Source: Escherichia virus TH44. Taken from it: DNA of 64,000 nt. A program made the position numbers and the translations under genes. Below are positions 46,298-56,126 of the stretch, piece after piece. The notes under the pieces are model-generated. The model was given only the letters and a program-made list of their open reading frames with translations, made no database searches and was not told the DNA's origin. Each line of letters begins with the position of its first letter. The stretch's first letter is position 1. The stretch lies in sequence record MT446415.1. One strand, written 5' to 3'.

Positions 46298-48532
46298 ATG
46301 ATTTTAGAAACTGAAAAGGAAACAATCCTTGGTAATGGCGCCAAGGCATCAGCATTCACAATCCAGGCATCTCCGAAGGTGTTTAAGATTCTGACCAGCG
46401 ACCTTTATACAAACAAGGTGCGCGCGGTTGTCCGTGAGCTGATTACCAATATGATTGATGCTCATATGCTCAATGGCTGTCAGGATAAATTCATTGTGCA
46501 AGCTCCTGGTGAACTGGACCCACGTTTTGTATGCCGTGACTTCGGTCCGGGTATGAGTGATTTCCAGATTCGTGGTGATGAAAATACCCCAGGTCTGTAT
46601 AACAGTTTCTTTGCATCATCCAAGGCTGAATCCAACGATTTTATTGGTGGCTTTGGTCTGGGTTCTAAATCTCCGTTTAGTTATACAGAGACGTTTAGCC
46701 TGATTTCATATCATGATGGACAAGTTAATGGTTATGTCGCTTATATGGACGGCGATGGTCCACAGATTAAGCCAACCTTTAGCGAACCAATGAAACCTGG
46801 TGACCGCACAGGGATTGAAGTTGTTGTCCCGGTTGATAGTAATGATTTCGGTAAGTTCCGTTATGAGATTGCATATATCATGCGTCCATTTGCTGGGCTG
46901 GCTGAAGTGCAAGGCGTGAACGAAATTGAATACTTCCCGGAATTTGATGATTATTATGCTCCAGCGCGTATTAATTATAGCAGTCCAGAACGTTATGGAC
47001 TTTATGCAATTTACGGCGGTATTGTTTATCCGATTGGTGACGGTTATACAAAGAAAACCTGGATGACTGCCAAAAATGATGTTGTCTTTATTAAGTTCCC
47101 GATGGGTTCGTTGGATATTGCACCTTCTCGCGAAGCATTATCGCTGGACAAACGTACGGTCGCAAATATCGTTGAACGTATTGAATCGCTTGATAAGAAG
47201 GTCATGGAAGATGATTGTAAGAAATGGCAGGAATCAGAATGTCTCCGCCATACATATCGCGAATTGCAGAGTCTGAATTATGAAGCTCGTAATTTTCTGA
47301 AAGCTCGTAATGCTGAAACGAAATTTACGAAATCACAATTGACCTTTAACCAGATGTACGAAATGTTCGAGCTGGACAAAGACCTTATTAATGCCGGGGT
47401 TGTCTATGATATCTATAGCACTACTCGTCTGAAACGTCTGCGTAACTCAAGCTCGAACACGAATACTGCAAGCCTGACAAGCATGTTTGGTATTCATAAT
47501 GATACCTTGAATATTGTTATTGACGATGCTAAAGGGCGAATTGCGATGATTCGGGGCATCAGTTCAATGCTGTATGACACCAGCGCGAAAGCCAAAAAGC
47601 TCAAAGCATCTGGTAAAGTCCCGACTGTACAAGGTAGTAGTCTATTGTTCGTTGACCCAACCAGCGAAATTCAAACACGGTTGATGGTTCAACTCCAGGA
47701 ACGATTTAAAGGCGATACGGTTAATATCTATCGTACGTCTGAACTGACTGCCCTTGTAAAAGACTGGATTCCGGTTGCGGACCCGAAAGAGCGTGTTAAG
47801 TCAAAGACTCCATCGGTGATTCGTTGGACTAAAACCAATGGTCGCTGGCAGTCTGTTGAAGAATTTACATGTGCAGCTGATGCAGAGGAAATCGATGGTT
47901 ATGCTGTATTCATTAACCGCAGTAGCATTTCCCCTTTGAATCAAGAATATGGCACCACGACCTTCGGTACCCAGACATTGTGTAAACTGGCGAATCTATT
48001 GGAAATCAATGAATTCTGTGTTATTCGTCCACAGCTTCAGAAAAAGGTTACAAAGCTGGCGCAGTGCGATTGTCTGATTGAAGCTGCAGTCAATCGTTAT
48101 GTGGAATTGATTGATGCGGTTGATGCGGACCAGTACATTGCCGCTTCAAGCCGTTCGCGTTATTATATTCCTATCCTGTCTGAATATGCAGAACTGAATT
48201 TTATGTTCAAGTATTTTTATGCGAAAGATGTTCAGAAAGATGTGAATACTGATTATGCCGAACTAATGCAGTTCAATAAGTTCTTTGCTTATAACGCATA
48301 TAACAGTGGAACGGTTGATAAGACCATGCAGGAAACGCTGGTCCTTTGTAATAAGATTTATGACGACCTGACCAAAAACGCTTCGGTAACAAGCGATAAA
48401 ATGGTTTTTGAATTTGAAAAGAATCACCCGATTGTTTCACACTTTTTATATAACCGTAACGCTATGTCAACTGAACAAGTACAGAACGTTGCTCAAATCA
48501 TGAAGGCCGTGGAAGCGGCCAATAAGGAATAA
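46298..48532 (+). CDS. rIIA: rIIA membrane-associated protein
   Basis: 744 aa; N-terminal GHKL-type ATPase-like region; followed by rIIB. Confidence 0.88.
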   Translation: MILETEKETILGNGAKASAFTIQASPKVFKILTSDLYTNKVRAVVRELITNMIDAHMLNGCQDKFIVQAPGELDPRFVCRDFGPGMSDFQIRGDENTPGLYNSFFASSKAESNDFIGGFGLGSKSPFSYTETFSLISYHDGQVNGYVAYMDGDGPQIKPTFSEPMKPGDRTGIEVVVPVDSNDFGKFRYEIAYIMRPFAGLAEVQGVNEIEYFPEFDDYYAPARINYSSPERYGLYAIYGGIVYPIGDGYTKKTWMTAKNDVVFIKFPMGSLDIAPSREALSLDKRTVANIVERIESLDKKVMEDDCKKWQESECLRHTYRELQSLNYEARNFLKARNAETKFTKSQLTFNQMYEMFELDKDLINAGVVYDIYSTTRLKRLRNSSSNTNTASLTSMFGIHNDTLNIVIDDAKGRIAMIRGISSMLYDTSAKAKKLKASGKVPTVQGSSLLFVDPTSEIQTRLMVQLQERFKGDTVNIYRTSELTALVKDWIPVADPKERVKSKTPSVIRWTKTNGRWQSVEEFTCAADAEEIDGYAVFINRSSISPLNQEYGTTTFGTQTLCKLANLLEINEFCVIRPQLQKKVTKLAQCDCLIEAAVNRYVELIDAVDADQYIAASSRSRYYIPILSEYAELNFMFKYFYAKDVQKDVNTDYAELMQFNKFFAYNAYNSGTVDKTMQETLVLCNKIYDDLTKNASVTSDKMVFEFEKNHPIVSHFLYNRNAMSTEQVQNVAQIMKAVEAANKE

Positions 48533-48533
48533 T

Positions 48534-49508
48534 ATGTTTAATATCAAATGTATGTCTAAAGCCGAACAAGAACGAGTTGTCTCTCTTTATGAATCTGGTA
48601 ACTATACGCAAGACGAACTTGCACTCGGTTTCGGTGTATCGGTTGACACCATTCGCCGCGTTTTGAAAAATGATAAAGAATCAAAATTAGCTAAAACCAT
48701 TTCTGCATCATTGAAAGCCGCTGTCGGGGTGGCGATTAATGCTCCAGTGACAGTAACGGTTGAAGTTCCGATTGTTGAAGATACAATCGGCGGTAGCCGT
48801 CCAGAAATCGTATGGAACGCATCAAGCAAATTCGTTTCCATCACTGAAGGTCGTACAGTCTGGAACGCAACAAAAGACCATAAACACTTTGATGATATTA
48901 TTCAGGCATTGATTGAATTCCGTTATGAAGATGCTATCGAGTTTATCTCAATCAAAGCTGCAGTACAAAAATATGTGAAAGGTGATGTGCGTATTGAAGG
49001 TGGTAGTCTGTTCTATCAGGGAATTGAACTGCGTTCTGGCCTGGTTACTCGTATCATTGATTCAATGCAAAATGGCGAAGACTTTGAATTCTATCTGCCG
49101 TTCCTTGAGAATCTCCTTGAGAACCCGAGTGAGAAAGCCGTACAGCGTTTGTTTGACTTCCTGGTTGCGAACGATATCGAAATCACCGAAGACGGTCATT
49201 TCATCGCATGGAAAATGGTTCGTGCAACTTACAAAGATTGCCACTCAAACACATTCGACAACAGCCCTGGTCAATATGTTAAAATGCCGCGCTCTCGTGT
49301 GAATGACAATGACGAACAGACCTGTTCAACCGGGTTGCATGTTTGCTCTAAAGGCTATATCGGAAGTGGTTTTGGTCATGGTGATGGACGCATCGTATCC
49401 TGTAAAGTTCACCCGCGTGATGTTGTAAGTATCCCGGTTGATTATAACGATTCCAAAATGCGGGTCTGTGGTTACCTGGTTCTTGATGATGTAACTGAAC
49501 AATTCTAA
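48534..49508 (+). CDS. rIIB: rIIB protein
   Basis: 324 aa; directly downstream of rIIA. Confidence 0.85.
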   Translation: MFNIKCMSKAEQERVVSLYESGNYTQDELALGFGVSVDTIRRVLKNDKESKLAKTISASLKAAVGVAINAPVTVTVEVPIVEDTIGGSRPEIVWNASSKFVSITEGRTVWNATKDHKHFDDIIQALIEFRYEDAIEFISIKAAVQKYVKGDVRIEGGSLFYQGIELRSGLVTRIIDSMQNGEDFEFYLPFLENLLENPSEKAVQRLFDFLVANDIEITEDGHFIAWKMVRATYKDCHSNTFDNSPGQYVKMPRSRVNDNDEQTCSTGLHVCSKGYIGSGFGHGDGRIVSCKVHPRDVVSIPVDYNDSKMRVCGYLVLDDVTEQF

Positions 49509-49515
49509 ATTAATC

Positions 49516-49529
49516 GGGGCTTCGGCCCC
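49516..49529 (+). other. hairpin GGGGC-UUCG-GCCCC without U-tract
   Basis: identical to 19372..19385 core. Confidence 0.6.
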
Positions 49530-49742
49530 TAATGAGGCTTTATGTTAGGTTTCCAAGCACGTGTAGTTGAAGAACATGACCAGTTGGTTTTGAAAATTAA
49601 TGCTCTTGAAGAATTTATTAAAGGCGGTGTTTTTGAAACTCTCGATGCTCGTCAACAAGGTCTTTTGATTGCACAACTCGATGCGATGGGTGCTTATGCT
49701 CATGTACTGGCAGTCCGTATCTCTTATTTTGGTGAATAAATT

Positions 49743-50063
49743 ATGATTAACTATATGAACGTTGGCGATGAATCTATTAACGAAATTCGATTGCATGGTA
49801 ATCATGTTGCGGATATTGTTTATTGTGTTGATTGTCATTATGCTTCTACAAAGTCAACTGGCCGGTTATATGCGAGAGACATCATTCTTGCAACGAAAGA
49901 AGAACTTCGTAGTCTGGACCATTCTACTCTAGCCGAAAGTGTCAGAATTTATTATGGCGTCGTTCATGTAGACAAAGTTTATATTGGCAGTGATTATCAA
50001 GAGCAAGCTGAGCAAAATTCTTTGGATACTGTCGAAAAATCCGATATGTATTTTAAAGGATGA
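49743..50063 (+). CDS. hypothetical protein
   Basis: 106 aa ORF. Confidence 0.45.
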   Translation: MINYMNVGDESINEIRLHGNHVADIVYCVDCHYASTKSTGRLYARDIILATKEELRSLDHSTLAESVRIYYGVVHVDKVYIGSDYQEQAEQNSLDTVEKSDMYFKG

Positions 50064-50067
50064 GCTG

Positions 50068-50661
50068 ATGATTCAGAAGAGTAAAACATGGGAGCATCTG
50101 AAAAAGATGCCCTCCTTCCTTTATACAAAGGAAGACTTAACCCCCGAATCCCTGCAAAAGATTGTAGACACTGCCAGGTATTCATTGCGTAAAGACCCAG
50201 GTCAGGACCGTGAGCAAGTCATGCAAAGATGTATGGTAGCCACAATGGCTGAACAAGCTATTGCTAAATGGACCTCCGGTTTTTTATGTGGCGGTGATGA
50301 AGATTACGATAATCCTTACTCCTTTGCATTTGATGTAGTTTCGAAGGAAGGGGTAAGAATCGAAGTCAAGACTCATCAGTCTGGTTCCAAATGGATATCC
50401 GTACATACTGGCCACCAGGGCGATTATCCACATGGTTACGGGGTTAATCTTGGTCCCTTTATGCAGCACAAGCTTGCTGACCTTATGATTATGTTTAATG
50501 TAAAAGAGACTCTCAAAGGTTATAGATTTAAACCAAAATTCCTTGCTGGGCCTGGTGCTTTCGTTCCTGAGTCTGGTCTTGTGCAGAAGTCACAAGGGGA
50601 TGGTTGGTACCTCCGTTCTTGTTCAGAAGAAAAATTTCCCTATCACCGGTTTACAAGCTGA
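50068..50661 (+). CDS. putative PD-(D/E)xK-like nuclease (position of T4 denB)
   Basis: 197 aa; 'FAFDVVSKEGVRIEVKT' gives D...E-x-K spacing. Confidence 0.45.
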   Translation: MIQKSKTWEHLKKMPSFLYTKEDLTPESLQKIVDTARYSLRKDPGQDREQVMQRCMVATMAEQAIAKWTSGFLCGGDEDYDNPYSFAFDVVSKEGVRIEVKTHQSGSKWISVHTGHQGDYPHGYGVNLGPFMQHKLADLMIMFNVKETLKGYRFKPKFLAGPGAFVPESGLVQKSQGDGWYLRSCSEEKFPYHRFTS

Positions 50662-50708
50662 ACCAACCATGTAATAATGTCCTCACACCAACAAATGAGG
50701 ACATTATC

Positions 50709-50984
50709 ATGGAACACGTTACTACTCACAACATCAAACAAATTCTTATCCAAGCACTCAAAAACAACAACATCAATTTTCCAACCCATGAAATTTTTGA
50801 TGTGGCATTCAACGAAGTCCAGGGTCAAGTTGCATATTATGACGTTATCGTTTATCTTTCAGAATTTGAAGTCTACCACCTGACTGAAATTGCTTTCTAT
50901 CTCTATCGTGGAACAGCAGATTTCACTGGGGTTGTGAATGCAGTTGGTGCATATAAAGAAGTTAAAGAACAAATGCACAATTAA
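50709..50984 (+). CDS. hypothetical protein
   Basis: 92 aa ORF. Confidence 0.5.
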   Translation: MEHVTTHNIKQILIQALKNNNINFPTHEIFDVAFNEVQGQVAYYDVIVYLSEFEVYHLTEIAFYLYRGTADFTGVVNAVGAYKEVKEQMHN

Positions 50985-50995
50985 TTAAAAAGTAG

Positions 50996-51024
50996 TGTAC
51001 ATCAGTATGGAGTCTATGTATAAT
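50996..51024 (+). promoter_or_regulatory. early-type promoter with class-A leader
   Basis: TGTACA-17-TATAAT; perfect 9-bp inverted repeat CAGTATGGA/TCCATACTG around -10. Confidence 0.6.
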
Positions 51025-51228
51025 GATTCCATACTGAGTTACCAAACAGACTGGAGAATAAAATGAAACCTGCTCAATATGCAATGACTTTATACCTTGA
51101 AGTTAATGGCGATATTACTGAATTTTTTAAATTAATGCAACAGCGCGGAAAAAGTTTTGCAGTTACTGAGCGTCAATTTTACGCTTGCCGTAAAAATACA
51201 TACAATCGTTATGCGTGAGGAAAACAAA

Positions 51229-51489
51229 ATGGATATCAAATTATATTACGCCAAGCACAAAGTTACAGGTAAAGTTGTTGCTGCCATGTATGATGCATCG
51301 GGTGAAGATGTTATTACGGAATTATCCCTTTCTAATTGTAGATTTCTTCGTCCTTTGATAGCGTCAAAAAAAGATTTACAAAAACTTATCGACGGTAAAT
51401 TAGATAATGTCGATGGTATAGATATCCATTATGAACTCCGCCATGCACTGAATGATGGGTTTATGGAAATAAAAGAGATAGTATTATGA
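51229..51489 (+). CDS. hypothetical protein
   Basis: 86 aa ORF. Confidence 0.45.
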   Translation: MDIKLYYAKHKVTGKVVAAMYDASGEDVITELSLSNCRFLRPLIASKKDLQKLIDGKLDNVDGIDIHYELRHALNDGFMEIKEIVL

Positions 51490-51761
51490 GCAGCAAAACC
51501 TGGTGTCTTATCTGGATATTGTGTATCCCAGTAATTTGCGTTTGTTTTAGTTTATTATTAATGAAACTTGCATAAAAAAGTGTACATCTCCAGTGGTTGT
51601 AGTATAATGAACCTATCAACTACTGGAGATGATTATGAAAAAGTTACTTAAAGCTATTTGGAACATGTTTGTGCTGTTTGTTGTCCTGAGCATTTTCCCA
51701 ATTGTTTTTATGATTGACCATGTGCGTGTTTACTTTAACTATTTCTTTTGAGGATAATATT

Positions 51762-51968
51762 ATGAATTACAATTCACACTTTCAGAAATCCAATCGTCGC
51801 TTTGACTTTATGTTCAAGTTTATTGTAGCAATGATTATCCTGATTTTCATTGGTGCCATTGCAATGATTGGTTTCCAGGTCTGGATTGCTGCTGAAGTAT
51901 TCACCCAAATCCAGGATAATGGTTTGAAGTCTGTTGTTGATGTAATTTGGAATGGAGCTAAGCAATGA
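51762..51968 (+). CDS. small membrane protein
   Basis: 68 aa, hydrophobic core. Confidence 0.4.
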   Translation: MNYNSHFQKSNRRFDFMFKFIVAMIILIFIGAIAMIGFQVWIAAEVFTQIQDNGLKSVVDVIWNGAKQ

Positions 51969-52210
51969 AACTTTTTAAAGACATTGCAGTTGGTGAAAAA
52001 TTTGTCCTGGGTAATGGTCAACAACTGATTCGCATTTCGCCTTTAATGGATAACAGTGAACGCCCTGTGCGCACTGAAAACTGTTTGGATTATCCTTTTT
52101 ATCAGAAGCGTTTTGCAATTGAAAATAATACTGAGTGTTTCACAGTTGATGAACTGATGGAATCATCAGAAGAAGTTGACTTGTGGGATGGCGCAGTTGA
52201 TGTAGAATAG
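51965..52210 (+). CDS. hypothetical protein
   Basis: 81 aa ORF. Confidence 0.45.
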   Translation: MKLFKDIAVGEKFVLGNGQQLIRISPLMDNSERPVRTENCLDYPFYQKRFAIENNTECFTVDELMESSEEVDLWDGAVDVE

Positions 52211-52239
52211 TGTACAAACTCTTGGGAGCAGAGTATAAT
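52211..52239 (+). promoter_or_regulatory. class-C promoter (-10 inside palindrome)
   Basis: tgtaca..cttgggagcagagtataatgctcccag. Confidence 0.6.
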
Positions 52240-52278
52240 GCTCCCAGTGGATAATAAAATTTAACTGAGGAAATCATT

Positions 52279-52623
52279 ATGTCTAAAGTATTTTTTGGTA
52301 ATCGCAACATTATGTTCTTTAAACAGATTAGCGTATCAGAAGCATTTGATTTAAGTTATTCGGGCGGCACAAAAGCTGTTAACCTTAAAAATTTGATGTC
52401 TGCAGAATTTGCATTCTATCAGGACCCTGAAACTGGTTTCTACAAATTTATTAAGTTCCGCATGACTATGGACCGCGATTATCGTGATGTTTATTATACA
52501 AGTTATGAAAGTGTTGTGAATGCAATTCGTGAAGCTTATGGATTGGATTCGTTATCTCTTGACCGCCTGTATAATGCAAGCCTTTACACCAGCGGATTTA
52601 TTTTAGAACAGCTTCAAAAATAG
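52279..52623 (+). CDS. hypothetical protein
   Basis: 114 aa ORF. Confidence 0.5.
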   Translation: MSKVFFGNRNIMFFKQISVSEAFDLSYSGGTKAVNLKNLMSAEFAFYQDPETGFYKFIKFRMTMDRDYRDVYYTSYESVVNAIREAYGLDSLSLDRLYNASLYTSGFILEQLQK

Positions 52624-52652
52624 TGTACAAACTCTTGGGGTCAGAGTATAAT
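52624..52652 (+). promoter_or_regulatory. class-C promoter (-10 inside palindrome)
   Basis: tgtaca..cttggggtcagagtataatgaccccac. Confidence 0.6.
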
Positions 52653-52696
52653 GACCCCACTGGAGCACAAAACTTTAACTTACTGAGGAAATTAAT

Positions 52697-53146
52697 ATGA
52701 ATACTTACATGACCCGTCGTGACGTACTGAATGCTGGCGCTACCACTGTTGCTTACATCCATAATGGTAATTATGTCGCCGGTCGCCCAACTAAAGAAGC
52801 TATCACCCAACCGGGTTTTTATTTTGTAGTTAAGGGTGAAGGTGAATCGCGTATTGTTGCGGCACGTTTTTACGTTGGTAACCAACGTTCACAACAAGGG
52901 TTTGACACTGTATTAAGTCACATCCGCAAACAGCGTTCACAACTGTCGCGCACAATGGCGAACAATGGTGTTATCTATGAAGTTCTGTTTGTTCCGGTTT
53001 CTAAAATGAAGCCTCTGACAACTGGTTATGGTAAAGGTCAAATTGCAATGGCGTTCACTCGCTCACATAGTTCTGATTGCCAGACCCTTTCAGAAATGAA
53101 TCGCATGCTTGCTGATAACTTTAAATTCATTCTGCAGAGCTATTAA
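52697..53146 (+). CDS. ndd: nucleoid disruption protein Ndd
   Basis: 149 aa; '[28 protein letters not shown]...[17 protein letters not shown]...[12 protein letters not shown]' matches T4 Ndd as recalled. Confidence 0.8.
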   Translation: MNTYMTRRDVLNAGATTVAYIHNGNYVAGRPTKEAITQPGFYFVVKGEGESRIVAARFYVGNQRSQQGFDTVLSHIRKQRSQLSRTMANNGVIYEVLFVPVSKMKPLTTGYGKGQIAMAFTRSHSSDCQTLSEMNRMLADNFKFILQSY

Positions 53147-53147
53147 T

Positions 53148-53321
53148 ATGAGACATTTCTTTACAATGGGTTACTTATTTGTTTTAGCACTATTTGTTAT
53201 TACAGGAGCCTTTATAGCCTTTGGCGCTCCATTTAATGATAAAGTTGCTGTTACTATGTGCTTTAGTGGCGGATTTATCTGTTTTGAACGTTTATGTAAA
53301 ATGTGTGGTATATATGAGTAA
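53148..53321 (+). CDS. small membrane protein
   Basis: ~58 aa, hydrophobic. Confidence 0.4.
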   Translation: MRHFFTMGYLFVLALFVITGAFIAFGAPFNDKVAVTMCFSGGFICFERLCKMCGIYE

Positions 53322-53705
53322 TTTCCATAATGAACATGTGATGCAATGGCATCGCCATAATCTGAAATTAACTGGCGTCTTTGGACGCCCTTGAGGAAAA
53401 TATGATTATTCTGGCTTTTATCGAACTTATTATTGCCGTGGTTTGTTCAGTCTGCTTCTTTTTAGGAGTCTGGACTCCAAGCACATTTTTCATGGGCGCG
53501 ATGTTTATTGCATGGGTTATTTCTGGAATTGTAAGTCTGGCGCGGTATGCGAAAAAATGATTAAGAAAATCTTGGGCTACTCGTTAGCCCTTGCTGCCTT
53601 ATTGGTAGCGCTGTATTATGGAGTTGTATTTGCATTAGTGCAGGTTGTGCTTTTTATTTCTGATGCTATAATGGCAGTACATTCGTTAATCTGGTAAGGT
53701 GATAT

Positions 53706-55085
53706 ATGTCTGACGTTTTAAGTATGATGTCCAAACAGTTCAGTGATTCCATGGGGACCCTTAACCCACGCAGTCTAAAAGACATTATTGATGTGGAAGC
53801 ATTATCATATGCTATCTACACTGTGGAAGGTCGCGCAATCCCAAACATGATTGATGGTTTTAAACCAGTTCACAGATTTGTTATGGCGAGAGCATTAGAC
53901 CTGGCACGTGGTGATAAGAATAAATTCCATAAGGTTGCATCCATCGCAGGTGGCGTAGCTGATTATGGTTATCACCATGGCGAAGCATCAGCGGAAGAAG
54001 CAACTTCTGGTCTGGTCGCAACATATAAAAATGAATACCCCATGTTTGATGGACAAGGCAACTTTGGTTCCAGAATGGTGCCAGAAGCATCATCAGCTCG
54101 TTATGTATTCGCACGGGTTTCAAAGAACTTTTATAACTTGTTTAAGGATACAGAATATGCTCCGGTCCATCCTGATGAAGAACATAAGCCTCCTGCTTTT
54201 TATCTTCCTGTTATTCCTACTGTATTACTTAACGCCACTTCTGGGATTGCTGTTGGCTTCGCTACTGATATTCTGCCTCATTCGTTCCAGGACGTCAAGG
54301 AAGCTGTTAAAGCTATCGTGGAAGGTCGGGAGCCGGTTGCTCCGAAAGTAAAATATCCAGAATTCCGCGGTAAAGTTGTTGAGCTGGAAGAGCCTGGTAA
54401 GTATGAGCTTCATGGCACGTACAAAATGACTTCCAGGACCCAAATGGAAATTACTGAAATCCCGGTCCAATGGAACCTGGAAAAGTATACAAGTAAAATC
54501 CTGGACCCGCTGGAAGAGAAAGGTTTTATCACCTGGAAAGATAACTGCGGCGAGCATGGTTTTGGGTTTAAGATTAAATTCCGCAAAGAATACAAGCTGG
54601 ATGGCACCGAAGAAGAAAATCATGAGAAAATCATGAAAGACTTTGGTCTGATTGAGAAGCTCTCCCAGAACTTAACAGTGCTTAATCACAAAGGCAAGCT
54701 GGCTGAATACACCAACACGCTTGACCTGATTCGTGATTTCGTTGATGTCCGTAAGACTTATGTTCAAGTGCGAATTGACAGTAAGATTAAAGAAACTGAA
54801 GCGGCATTTAAACTGGCCCGGGCAAAAGTCTTCTTTATTAAAGAAGTGATTGATGGTAAAGTTGTTATCCAGGGGAAACCTCGTAAGAAGTTGATTGAGG
54901 AACTCCAGGCGAGTGAAATATATGGCGATTATGCAGAGAAGTTAGTGGCGATGAACATCTACCATATGACCTCTGATGAAGCTAAGAAGCTTGCGGATGA
55001 AGCTAAGGCTAAGAAAGCTGAGCATGAGTACTGGAAGACAACTGACGTTAAAACTGAATATCTTAATGATTTGGAGGCTCTATGA
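53706..55085 (+). CDS. 52: DNA topoisomerase II medium subunit gp52 (GyrA-like)
   Basis: 459 aa; 'AIPNMIDGFKPVHRF' GyrA-like N-terminus. Confidence 0.93.
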   Translation: MSDVLSMMSKQFSDSMGTLNPRSLKDIIDVEALSYAIYTVEGRAIPNMIDGFKPVHRFVMARALDLARGDKNKFHKVASIAGGVADYGYHHGEASAEEATSGLVATYKNEYPMFDGQGNFGSRMVPEASSARYVFARVSKNFYNLFKDTEYAPVHPDEEHKPPAFYLPVIPTVLLNATSGIAVGFATDILPHSFQDVKEAVKAIVEGREPVAPKVKYPEFRGKVVELEEPGKYELHGTYKMTSRTQMEITEIPVQWNLEKYTSKILDPLEEKGFITWKDNCGEHGFGFKIKFRKEYKLDGTEEENHEKIMKDFGLIEKLSQNLTVLNHKGKLAEYTNTLDLIRDFVDVRKTYVQVRIDSKIKETEAAFKLARAKVFFIKEVIDGKVVIQGKPRKKLIEELQASEIYGDYAEKLVAMNIYHMTSDEAKKLADEAKAKKAEHEYWKTTDVKTEYLNDLEAL

Positions 55086-55176
55086 GCATAGAAAATGAAT
55101 ACGCAGTGATTTGTGCTGCTGTAGCTGGCCTGTTGATTGCCTGGGTTATTGGCAAAGTGATTGATTCTTAAAAACT

Positions 55177-55200
55177 AGGACCCTTCAGGGTCCTTTTTTA
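55177..55200 (+). terminator. rho-independent terminator
   Basis: aggaccc-ttca-gggtcct + TTTTTT. Confidence 0.75.
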
Positions 55201-55214
55201 TTTTAAAAAAGTAG

Positions 55215-55243
55215 TGTACAATCCCCTTGTCTTAGGACATAAT
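55215..55243 (+). promoter_or_regulatory. early-type promoter with class-A leader
   Basis: near-identical to 28920..28948 cassette. Confidence 0.6.
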
Positions 55244-55292
55244 GATTCCATACTGAGTTACACAATGAATCACAAAAACTTTGGAGAATAAA

Positions 55293-55508
55293 ATGTTTAC
55301 TGCACAACAGAATGAAGGTCAAGAATACATCAACGCTAAATTCAAATCTAACAAAGAAGCTTGCTATTACTACTTTGATATGTTCAAACTGGCGAATTCT
55401 AAAGAAGAACGTAAACAAGCGATTGATGTGATTGTTTCTACTTCCCATATGAAACGTACTGTAGTACAATCATATGCATCAAATTACATGAAATCTATTA
55501 AGGGATAA
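55293..55508 (+). CDS. hypothetical protein
   Basis: 72 aa; GGAGA SD. Confidence 0.5.
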   Translation: MFTAQQNEGQEYINAKFKSNKEACYYYFDMFKLANSKEERKQAIDVIVSTSHMKRTVVQSYASNYMKSIKG

Positions 55509-55510
55509 TT

Positions 55511-56119
55511 GTGAACAAGTTAAATTATATCGTTAAATGCTCCCAGAACGCGCTGCATGAGACTGATGTTAATGCTCTGGTGTTTGTATACAAAAACAAC
55601 TTCGTGAGTCCAGAGGTTGTTTTAGACCAGCAGAATACATCAATTGATAGTGTGCAGACATTGTTGAATAACAACTATGTTGAAGCTTCTGGTGATGGTT
55701 TGATGGTTACAGAAAAGGGTGTTGACCTTATTCTGGATGCAGCTGAACTTTGGGCGAATGAAAATAATCCTGACCTTCTGGAAGTGAAGAAGACAAGAAC
55801 AAAACGCGGTGTGACTGATGAAATGGAAGCGACTGCAGAATATATCAAAGAGCAATTGTTGTCTATTGGTATTGACTTTAAGAGCATTTCAGAAGACCGC
55901 AGCAATCTGATTGTGAAGTTCAAGCGTGTCAAGACATTAAAACAGATTGATGTTCGTCGTGATGGTCAGATTCGCGTACATGCGTATAATACTGAACAAA
56001 AGATAGTAAAACAGTTTACAGACGTGGGATTTAGCGTTAAAGTAGGTGGATTGAATACCTACATTGACAACGTTATGTCAACTGAAAACATTCAACATGT
56101 TATTAACATCTTAAAGTGA
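55511..56119 (+). CDS. motA: middle-transcription activator MotA
   Basis: 202 aa, GTG start; 'EASGDGLMVTEKG' resembles T4 MotA 'EKSGDGLIITGE' as recalled. Confidence 0.8.
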   Translation: MNKLNYIVKCSQNALHETDVNALVFVYKNNFVSPEVVLDQQNTSIDSVQTLLNNNYVEASGDGLMVTEKGVDLILDAAELWANENNPDLLEVKKTRTKRGVTDEMEATAEYIKEQLLSIGIDFKSISEDRSNLIVKFKRVKTLKQIDVRRDGQIRVHAYNTEQKIVKQFTDVGFSVKVGGLNTYIDNVMSTENIQHVINILK

Positions 56120-56126
56120 GGAAATT

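Noticed and set aside
2857-55265. Possibility that the recurring 18-25 nt motifs form a CRISPR-like array
   Set aside because: Copies are kilobases apart, each tied to a promoter and a gene start, with no regular repeat-spacer periodicity.
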